64,000 nucleotides of DNA, taken from NCBI GenBank assembly GCA_937625935.1, contig OW569356.1, positions 1 to 64,000 on the forward strand. Direction: 5' to 3'. The translations under genes were made by a program, and so were the position numbers. Shown here in pieces: positions 1-8,168 of the stretch (position 1 is its first letter; every line of letters starts with the position of its first letter). A model generated the notes under the pieces. It was not told the DNA's origin. It made no database searches and was given only the letters and a program-made list of their open reading frames with translations. The DNA is from Tetramitus jugosus. Its lineage: Eukaryota; Protista; Heterolobosea.

Positions 1-778
1 CCAAACCCAAACCCAAACCCAAACCCAAACCCAAACCCAAACCCAAACCCAAACCCAAACCCAAACCCAAACCCAAACCCAAACCCAAACCCAAACCCAA
101 ACCCAAACCCAAACCCAAACCCAAACCCAAACCCAAACCCAAACCCAAACCCAAACCCAAACCCAAACCCAAACCCAAACCCAAACCCAAACCCAAACCC
201 AAACCCAAACCCAAACCCAAACCCAAACCCAAACCCAAACCCAAACCCAAACCCAAACCCAAACCCAAACCCAAACCCAAACCCAAACCCAAACCCAAAC
301 CCAAACCCAAACCCAAACCCAAACCCAAACCCAAACCCAAACCCAAACCCAAACCCAAACCCAAACCCAAACCCAAACCCAAACCCAAACCCAAACCCAA
401 ACCCAAACCCAAACCCAAACCCAAACCCAAACCCAAACCCAAACCCAAACCCAAACCCAAACCCAAACCCAAACCCAAACCCAAACCCAAACCCAAACCC
501 AAACCCAAACCCAAACCCAAACCCAAACCCAAACCCAAACCCAAACCCAAACCCAAACCCAAACCCAAACCCAAACCCAAACCCAAACCCAAACCCAAAC
601 CCAAACCCAAACCCAAACCCAAACCCAAACCCAAACCCAAACCCAAACCCAAACCCAAACCCAAACCCAAACCCAAACCCAAACCCAAACCCAAACCCAA
701 ACCCAAACCCAAACCCAAACCCAAACCCAAACCCAAACCCAAACCCAAACCCAAACCCAAACCCAAACCCAAACCCAA
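1..778. repeat. Telomere, (CCCAAA)n / (TTTGGG)n, ~130 perfect copies
   Basis: Uninterrupted hexamer array from base 1 to 778, with the C-rich strand at the 5' end as expected for a left chromosome end; degenerate junction CCCAACCCACACCCCG. Confidence 0.98.
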
Positions 779-780
779 CC

Positions 781-2251
781 CACACCCCGAGGATCTTCGC
801 ACTTGCCTCATTGTGGTTCTGATTGGTGTGAGACTGTTTGGTTGTGGTTGATCCATTTTCCAGAAATATTTGACCAGTTCTTGTGCATCTGTGTGTTGCT
901 GAAGATCTTGTAGGTTGGCGACATTTTGAGAACAGAAGATTGACATTCGTTCATACGCGTCGATTGATTCATCTGAGTTCCAACCCACATGTCTCTTGAT
1001 TGCCTGTCTTACACTGTCCTTAATGATACCGTATCTCAAGATGCTAGTTAGGAGTGCTTGACAGATATGTCCACTTCGTAATGATCTCATAGTGTATCTG
1101 CATTTCAATTCCTCTGCAGAACTTTTTTTCATCAAGTTTGACATATCTTTGGATGTCATTGGTTGTTCACTAGTCGATTGGGTGAATAAAAATTCGTCTT
1201 GTGCTCCTTCAACTAATCTATAATCACCTGAATTGATCACTTCCTCTAACGTTGGTGAAACAAAAACCTTCCTGATGTGAAAGAGGTACCAAAGAAGAGC
1301 AAACACTGGACATCGATTCAAGTCACTACTGCCGTATACAGTGTTTCTTAACTCATGTCCTCCAACACCTTTGTTCTTATAACCCACATTCTGGGCAACT
1401 AAATACAAATGTTCATCGTTTTTCAAACTTGAAAAGGTGATGTGTCTCAATTTCATATAGGAAAGAGTGTCTCCTCTCCATCCAACATGTCTACCAAACA
1501 TTATGAGAGCTCTCAACTTAATTTGTAGTTCTCTGTTGTCTCTCTTGTGCAATTTTTTCTGCCATTTCTCTAAATCATTGTTGAGCAATGGGCACACTTT
1601 AAATTTCGAGTTCCCGTACTTTCGTATCAAAGCTCGGAAGAGTTTATGTATAAAATCCTTCATCTCTTTCTTCAAGTCGATTCCTCTTTCCTCCTTCAAT
1701 ACAGAACATAGTTGATTCCAGAAGCAGTTGACGACAGTACTATGACTGTATTTGTGTATCACTCGCATATGCAAGAGATATAATCCAACTACAAACTTGT
1801 TTGGGTTGTAAGGGTCAACTGTTGTCAACTCTGAGTGCTTGTTTTCTTGCTCCTTTAGCCAGCTAATCCAACTCCTCCAGGCATAGGCTTGAACCAGTTT
1901 TGTACCAGGAGCTTTAGATAACTCTAATAGATTCATCAATTGAATCATTTGATCCTCAATTGATTGGTTCTCATCGATGTTGACGGTCACTTGACGGCAA
2001 AAATCTTCTCCTCCACCTGTTTTCTCCATTCTCTTGATAGGATTAAACGATAGGTCATCCGTCACCTTCTTTATTCCTGTTTTTCCTGCTAACATTGAAA
2101 GCTCCTTGTCAATGTCTTCCATCGTTGGACCATCAACCTCCTGTGGTTCGAAAGAGTCTTCAACAATGATTAGACCATTAGAAACAAAAGGATGAGAAGG
2201 AGACTTTTTTATTCTTTCTAACTGATTGGAGTACTCTTCTTCTATTGTCAT
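781..2251 (-). CDS. Tyrosine recombinase (Cre/phage-integrase fold), ~490 aa, no stop codon before the telomere; absent from the ORF track
   Basis: Manual translation from ATG 2251 ([10 protein letters not shown]...) is open to 781. Core-binding-like region ([21 protein letters not shown]...VVGLYLLHM...YSHSTV); box [15 protein letters not shown]259[12 protein letters not shown]; K292 (GYKNKGVGG); [10 protein letters not shown]; EFLF; YTMR389SLR392SG; IKRHVGW424NSDESIDAY433ER. The W-to-Y spacing of 9 equals Cre W315/Y324. Confidence 0.92.
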
Positions 2252-2256
2252 TGAGA

Positions 2257-3060
2257 TTAGTTGGTTTTACTCTTTTTTTTGTTGGGACCGCTGGACGAGC
2301 TTCGTCTCTTGGAACCACCAGAGGTAGAGGTGGAAGGAGACGTGGCATTATCGCCTCCATTTTCTCTCATCTTGATAAGGAGTTGTCTAATTCTGGAAGG
2401 CATTCTATCCTGAGACAACAATTCCTTCTTGATGTTATCATCAATTGTAGAAGGACTATGTTGGGACATGACCCAATACGGGAAGGCTTCTAATGCGGTC
2501 ATACTTTCTACCATCAATTTTGGACTTCTTAAAATGGAAGTGGTCTCCAAATTTGAACTTCTCTCATTGAAGACAAGGGTTAAATGGACCAAGAACTCTC
2601 CGACTCGGATCTCTCTTAGGAAACTCTTCAATTCCGATCCGATCGGATCCGCACCCTTAATGGTTCGGAAAAGATTCGCCCCCTCCTCTCCGGTCTCCCT
2701 CTTACGAATCGCATACCTCATGCAGGCAACGATGGACACGTGTTTTCGGAGTCGTTCAAACTCCTGATCACTCATTTTGGCCATCTGACCAACCGTTTCT
2801 TGAGAATGGGGAGGCCTTTCCTCAGTCTCCACAATGACCAGAGATCTCTCCAGCCAATTCAAAGCCTTCTTTGCAGACTCACTTGGTGGAATTTCAATTT
2901 CCAATTCTTCACACAGTTCAGAGAGCTTCTCAATCTCTTGCTTCTTGTTGTTGAGATTCAATAAAGCATCTCTTAGTTGGCTTGTAAGGCTACTATTGGA
3001 AGTCTTCTCTTCCTCCAATTTTTTCTTCAAGTCTTCAATCTCCTTGCTCACCTCCTTCAC
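2257..3060 (-). CDS. ORF1 of the YR element: orphan protein with N-terminal coiled coil and basic C-terminal NLS-like tail; 5' end uncertain
   Basis: 267-aa ORF ends 5 nt before the YR ATG. The frame stays open upstream to 3159 without an ATG; the nearest ATG (3209) is in another frame, implying a frameshift or intron. Confidence 0.65.
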   Translation of the reverse strand: MKEVSKEIEDLKKKLEEEKTSNSSLTSQLRDALLNLNNKKQEIEKLSELCEELEIEIPPSESAKKALNWLERSLVIVETEERPPHSQETVGQMAKMSDQEFERLRKHVSIVACMRYAIRKRETGEEGANLFRTIKGADPIGSELKSFLREIRVGEFLVHLTLVFNERSSNLETTSILRSPKLMVESMTALEAFPYWVMSQHSPSTIDDNIKKELLSQDRMPSRIRQLLIKMRENGGDNATSPSTSTSGGSKRRSSSSGPNKKKSKTN

Positions 3061-3309
3061 TCCTTCTTTATCTTCACCGATGAAGAAGTTGTTACCAACT
3101 TTGGAGATGATAACAAGTGAACTAATTTTATTACCAGTCGTTGGTAACTTCTCTCTATATCATTAGAAACAATAAAAGAAATTGAGTTAGTTTCTGTAGT
3201 TGTAGACATGATGTAGTTGATAACCTTGTGATTTGTTTTGTTTGCGTTTGTTTTTGATCAAAACTCCGAGATTCGAAAGGAAAAACTTTGTTTATTTGTG
3301 CAGCTACTC

Positions 3310-3522
3310 GTTACACGTGCCAAGTTAACTTAGCGCTTGGAACCATCTTCTTCGCGTAGTGGTTGGCTTCGAATCATTGAACGGGGATTTACACCGCATA
3401 AGCTCATTGCATTGCGGGGACTGTCCCTGCTCCCGGATCGGGCCCTCAATTCTACCTCTCGGTAGGTCAGTTCAATCATATTTCACCTTCCACTACTGCA
3501 GACTATGGTCCACCAGTGTAAC
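3310..3522. ncRNA. Putative structured RNA (or folded ssDNA) element of unknown family
   Basis: Nested complementary segments: 3310-3316/3516-3522, 3342-3346/3505-3509, 3356-3362/3490-3496, 3376-3382/3470-3476, plus local hairpins 3320-3340, 3394-3417, 3432-3442, 3452-3465 (GAGA tetraloop on the minus strand). GC-richer than its flanks. Confidence 0.55.
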
Positions 3523-3532
3523 CAGATCTTGC

Positions 3533-3855
3533 GGCCCGTAAACGGGCCTAGGTAGAAATGAAATTTTAGAAGGGCCCGTAAACGTGCCTTAGTAAAAATG
3601 ATTTTTGGGCCGCCCGTGAACGGGCCATAGTAATCAACTGTTTGCCCATAAAAAATCAAGTCTCGGTCGCCCGTGAACGGGCTAGAGAAAAGTTGATAAA
3701 TAGGCGGCCCGTAAACGGGCTAGATAGAATAGGTGGCCCGTTCACGTGTCATAGTAAAAGCATTTTTTAGGTGGCCCGTAAACTCTCTCAATAAAAATCG
3801 ACCTTTATTACGGGCCATAGTAAAAAAGCAGTCATATGCGGCCCGTTTACGGGCC
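3533..3855. repeat. Array of ~9 copies of the 16-bp palindrome GGCCCGT-NN-ACGGGCC, typical period ~38-40 bp
   Basis: Copies start at 3533, 3573, 3611, 3668, 3706, 3735, 3773, 3801 (half-site) and 3840, separated by related AT-rich spacers (ATAGTAAAA...TTTTT.GG). Confidence 0.9.
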
Positions 3856-4040
3856 ACCAGATATGCGAAACCCAACTGAAACCCAACGGAAATCACATGT
3901 TTCGTCTATAGTTCCACAACCACAAGTCAAAAAACAACCATAATGTTAAGTTGAACATTTCAAGATATGAGGAATACAAAAACAGGTATTGTAACGCATG
4001 AATACACTCCTTGACGTACTTTTGGTTAGTGTATACGTTA

Positions 4041-4058
4041 AAACCCAAACCCAAACCC
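4041..4058. repeat. Interstitial telomeric remnant (AAACCC)3
   Basis: AAACCCAAACCCAAACCC in the same orientation as the telomere; further partial copies AAACCCAAC at 3868-3876 and 3879-3887, and AACCCAAAC at 4078-4086. Confidence 0.85.
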
Positions 4059-4800
4059 TGACAACACTCGAGGTTGCAACCCAAACGCTTCTAGATCTCC
4101 CTACTGTCAAAGTTGATCGTGTGGCGGTCCATGGAATCCCAGATGATTATCATCCATCAAACCAGGTTGAAGATGGAACAGTAATTGATCAGCAACAACT
4201 CTGGGGAGAAATCTATCTATTTAGCAACAAGTACATTTCAACCAAAATATCTCTTTCAATGGCTTGCACATGTACAATGAAATACATGTATTGTGCGAAA
4301 AACTCGTTGTTGATTCGTTCTGTTGCCTGCATCGCGATGCACCCACTGTTGTTGATCTGTCACCATTACTCTGAAACAAACAGTATCTAAGAGCCCACAA
4401 GTTGCACGACTTAATCGCGCTTCTGGGAAGAATAGAGCTGTATCATCTGTGACGCAGTTTTCATTTCTATCAGAATGGATTGTGAGTTGAGGATGATGAA
4501 GAAATCGAATTTTGTGGTCCCCAGTGATCCACTATGCCACAACCACTTGGGGTGGTTTTTAGAGTTCATAGTGAGCATATAATATTATTCCTGTCATTTG
4601 ATCGGAAGTGTTCCAATTTCTAAGCAAGCTTATAATAATGCATTGAAGCAGCAGTTTTACTACCTACTCATTTGACGCAAGTAATCACATGATTCATATT
4701 GGATTTTTGTTTCACAGGTTTGAAATCAACAGGTGATGATGATGGTGGTGATGATGATTGGGATGATAAATGGGATGAAGAAGCTCCACGATCCACTGGA

Positions 4801-4900
4801 GTACTGACAACGGTTTATCACACCAACATGTGTTCCAATAGTACACTTTTGATGTACATAGGAGGTAGGCAGATGAAGATGGGTCTCATGACAGCTAGAT
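4801..4900 (-). pseudogene. Small duplicated fragment of the NRPS adenylation-domain gene
   Basis: GTACTGACAACGGTTTATCACACCAA..TGTGTTCCAATAGTACACTTTTG matches 16102-16152 almost exactly; similarity continues after a ~17-nt deletion. Confidence 0.85.
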
Positions 4901-5062
4901 CATACTCTCCCAGCAGTTTCAGTTGTCTGAAACGAGCATTGCACACGACGCACTTTGTATCCACGCAATTGAAGATGAATTCCACCATTTAATTGTGTTT
5001 TGTGGTATGCTGGCAGGGAAATCTTTGTCCTCGTTTCAATGTTTTTATGAAGAATAGCTGTG

Positions 5063-6958
5063 TCACTCACAGCGCTCCAAGGGAGCTGTAAACTGATCAG
5101 TGGGACACATTATCCTCACATACCTCATACAGTCTTCTTCGAGATCAGGATTGATTCCTATGGCTTTGTTGAAGTCTGATATTGCTTTCTTGTATTCTTT
5201 CAAATCAAGGTATGCGCAAGCTCTGTTGTAGTAGGCACTTTCATCGGCAGGATTGATTTCGATTGTCTTGCTGAAGTCTGATATTGCATTCTTATGCTGT
5301 TTGAGCTCACTGTATACATAACCTCTGTTGTAGTAGGCACTTTCATGAGCAGCATTGATGTTAATAGTCTTGGTGAAGTCTGATATTGCTTTCTCGTATT
5401 CTTTCAGCTCATTGTATGCACAACCTCTATCATAGTAGACACCATCATGAGCAGGATTGATTTCGATTGCCTTGGTGAAGTCTGATATTGCTTTCTTATG
5501 CTGTTTGAGCTCATTGTATACATAACCTCTGTTGTAGTAGGCACTTTCATGAGCAGCATTGATGTTAATAGTCTTGCTGAAGTCGTATATTGCTTTCTTG
5601 TATTCTTTCAGCTCATTGTATGCACAACCTCTGTTAAAGTAGGCATTTTCATGAGCAGCATTGATTTTAATAGTCTTGCTGAAGTCTGATATTGCTTTCT
5701 TGTATTCTTTCAAATCAAGATAAGTGCAACCTCTGTTATGGTATGTACTTTCATCATCAGGATTGATTTCGATTGCCTTGGTGAAGTCTGATATTGCTTT
5801 CTTATATTCGTTCAAATCAAGATAAGTGCAACCTCTATCATTGTAGACATTCTCATGAACAGGATTGATTTCTATTGATTTGTTGAAGTCTGATAATGCT
5901 TTCTCGTATTCTTTCAGCTCATTGTATGCCCAACCTCTATCATAGTAGGCACATTCATCGGCAGGATTGATTTCGATTGCTTTGGTGAACTCTAATATTG
6001 CATTCTTGTATTCTTTCAAATCAAGGTATACATAACCCTTTTCGTTGTAGGCTTTTTCATGAACAGGATTGATTTCTATTGATTTGTTGAAGTCTGATAT
6101 TGCCTTCTCATGTTCTTTCAGCTTAAACCATATCTTGCCTCTGTCGTAGTAGAAACCATCATGAGCAGGATTGATTTCGATTGCCTTGGTGAAGTCTGAT
6201 ATTGTTTTCTTGTATTCTTTTCGCGCATCGTATGCACAACCTCTGTTAAAGTATGCACTTTCATGAGCAGCATTGATTTTAATAGTCTTGGTGAAGTCTG
6301 ATATTGCTTTCTTGTATTCTTTCAAATCAAGGTATGCACAACCTCTGTTAAAAAAGACATCTTCATCAGTGGTATCCATTTCTATTGCTTTGGTGAAGTC
6401 AGTAATTGCTTTCTTGTATTCTCTGAGCTCATTGTATACATGACCTCTGCACAAATAAATTAAGCCTCTGTTGTTGTAGACCCATGCAATTTGTCTGTCC
6501 AATAGGAGAATTTGTGAATAGCTATTCAATGATTCAATATAGCTTTTCATGTGAAGCAAAGTTTGTGCTTCAATATCCAAAAGTAGCACCAATATGTTCT
6601 TATCTGACACGATTCCATACGATTTAAGAGCTTTTTGTGATAATTGGCGCAGAAGCTCTTTCAAAATAGGCAAATCATTCGTTTGATCTTGATACGTTCT
6701 TCTGAAGATACCATAATGCAGAAGATAAGTAATGTCAGAATGTTTCTCTGGAAGCAAATTCAAGGCTGATTGAAATTCTTTTATCATTTCCAGTTGTTCC
6801 ATTTGGTTGAAACTGTGCCATAATCTCCAACTCGCTGAATACTCAAAATCCATGTTTGAACAATTGTTGAAACGTTTGAGAGTGTTCCAATAATTCAGAG
6901 TTCTTTCTGTGAAAGAAGACTCCACCCGTGTCACAACACCTACTGAATCATCACTCAT
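5063..6958 (-). CDS. TPR-repeat protein with 13 tandem 34-aa TPRs
   Basis: Repeated AYYNRG.AY..LKEY.KAISDF.K.I.INP units; 102-bp nucleotide periodicity over ~5140-6470. Confidence 0.95.
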   Translation of the reverse strand: MSDDSVGVVTRVESSFTERTLNYWNTLKRFNNCSNMDFEYSASWRLWHSFNQMEQLEMIKEFQSALNLLPEKHSDITYLLHYGIFRRTYQDQTNDLPILKELLRQLSQKALKSYGIVSDKNILVLLLDIEAQTLLHMKSYIESLNSYSQILLLDRQIAWVYNNRGLIYLCRGHVYNELREYKKAITDFTKAIEMDTTDEDVFFNRGCAYLDLKEYKKAISDFTKTIKINAAHESAYFNRGCAYDARKEYKKTISDFTKAIEINPAHDGFYYDRGKIWFKLKEHEKAISDFNKSIEINPVHEKAYNEKGYVYLDLKEYKNAILEFTKAIEINPADECAYYDRGWAYNELKEYEKALSDFNKSIEINPVHENVYNDRGCTYLDLNEYKKAISDFTKAIEINPDDESTYHNRGCTYLDLKEYKKAISDFSKTIKINAAHENAYFNRGCAYNELKEYKKAIYDFSKTININAAHESAYYNRGYVYNELKQHKKAISDFTKAIEINPAHDGVYYDRGCAYNELKEYEKAISDFTKTININAAHESAYYNRGYVYSELKQHKNAISDFSKTIEINPADESAYYNRACAYLDLKEYKKAISDFNKAIGINPDLEEDCMRYVRIMCPTDQFTAPLERCE

Positions 6959-7059
6959 GTTTTTGTGAAAAAAAAAAGCTTGATTTTAGGTTTCCCTATC
7001 TCTGGTTCTTGCTTTCAAAAAAACCATTTCGATTCATTCTTGTACTACAAAACGAAAAA

Positions 7060-7450
7060 TCCCAGATCAATCACTTTTTCTTCTTTGGCCAACAATGAGA
7101 AAATACTTGCTGTCAGTTGTACACATCACGCTCTTCTTCTGGGAAGCTCTATGCATTGCCATTTCTACTCAAGGAGATTTATTGAATTGGTTCCCATTAC
7201 AGATTAAGTACTGGAACAATCTTAAACTGACACTATCCAAGCAGAGTTTGGCAGAACAAAAAGTGTTGAGTGGTGCATATCACACAGTAGCAATAGCGAG
7301 CACCAATACCTCGTGGGTGAGTGAAAGGATTACATACAAGGAAAAAAGTTATAAGCATTTCTGCAGGTCGGATTCTTCGTATGCCATTACATCTGATGGG
7401 TAACTCTTGTCCTGGGGCCGAAATGAGGTTGCCCAATCGGGAACGGAACT
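7060..7450 (+). pseudogene. Degenerate RCC1-repeat gene fragment
   Basis: ILAVSCTHHALLL, VLSGAYHTVAI and SDSSYAITSDG*LLSWGRNEVAQSG resemble RCC1 repeats; in-frame TAA at 7401-7403 and frameshifts. Confidence 0.6.
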
Positions 7451-8168
7451 AACTCTACTCATAGAGCTCCAAGCCTCACTTCTATTGATAATGCTTTGGT
7501 CATCCCAACTGGAAAATTCATCCGTGACATTTGGCTTTCTTGCAACAAATGGACCATTTCTTGGTCGATTTTTGGTGTTAGTCAAAGGATATTTATTAGC
7601 TCTTCTGAATAGAAAAAAAAACAATAGCATAGGATGATGCTCGTACCGTGAGTAAAAATCAATGGATTGTAGGAACAGCAAAGAATAACACTAGAATGAA
7701 CACACCTCATTGATCACAACTTGTGCTGCAGTACAAGATCAGTAAGAGAATGTAATTGAGGCAATGATGTCAATCATGTTGCATTGACCATAAAATTATC
7801 ATCAACAGAGATACCTCCACTCAATCCCAGTGATCCATCTGTTCTTTCCTTCTTGTTGGACGATGTCTTGTACTTGAATGGGACAGCAAGTTTTAAGCTC
7901 CTCAGTTTGTTAACTTGTCGCACGTCAAATCCAAGTTGGATAACTGACTCTTCATCAACCGTACACCTAACGTCTCTTCTTGTGCATGCACTCTGGGAGA
8001 TTCGATCAGCGTGACCATTGAGGACTCCAAGCCCAAATCTTAGAGTGTTAAACTCTGACCCATTGAATCACCGGTATTCATCGATGATCCAAATTGAAGA
8101 TTTGCTCGAATGGATTCCAGTGCAGGGAAGAAGAATTATGTAATCAGTTTTATTTTCTATCGACATGG

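Larger units (their letters stand above)
779..4058 (-). mobile_element. Telomere-associated tyrosine-recombinase element (TATE/VIPER-like or Crypton-like), possibly truncated at the telomere
   Basis: ORF1 plus a YR ORF in tandem, a structured non-coding segment and a palindrome array, bounded by the telomere on one side and AAACCCAAACCCAAACCC (4041-4058) on the other. Boundaries are inferred. Confidence 0.7.

Noticed and set aside
781-2251. Protelomerase (telomere resolvase)
   Set aside because: The end is a conventional telomerase-type repeat, and the enzyme has Cre-like GW-x8-Y rather than the LGH motif of protelomerases.
3310-3522. Telomerase RNA, RNase MRP, cobalamin riboswitch or group II intron domain V
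   Set aside because: No CCCAAA template inside the fold; only short look-alike words (ACAGTCCCCGCAA, GAGCTTATGCGGTG on the minus strand) without the required partner motifs.
3533-3855. CRISPR array
   Set aside because: Repeats are only 16 bp, degenerate and partly inverted; spacers are related to each other and uneven in length; no cas genes; eukaryotic context.
7401-7403. Stop-codon reassignment (TAA here, TGA at 11298)
   Set aside because: Conserved genes end in TAA, TAG and TGA, and multi-kb ORFs contain no internal stops, so these are lesions.
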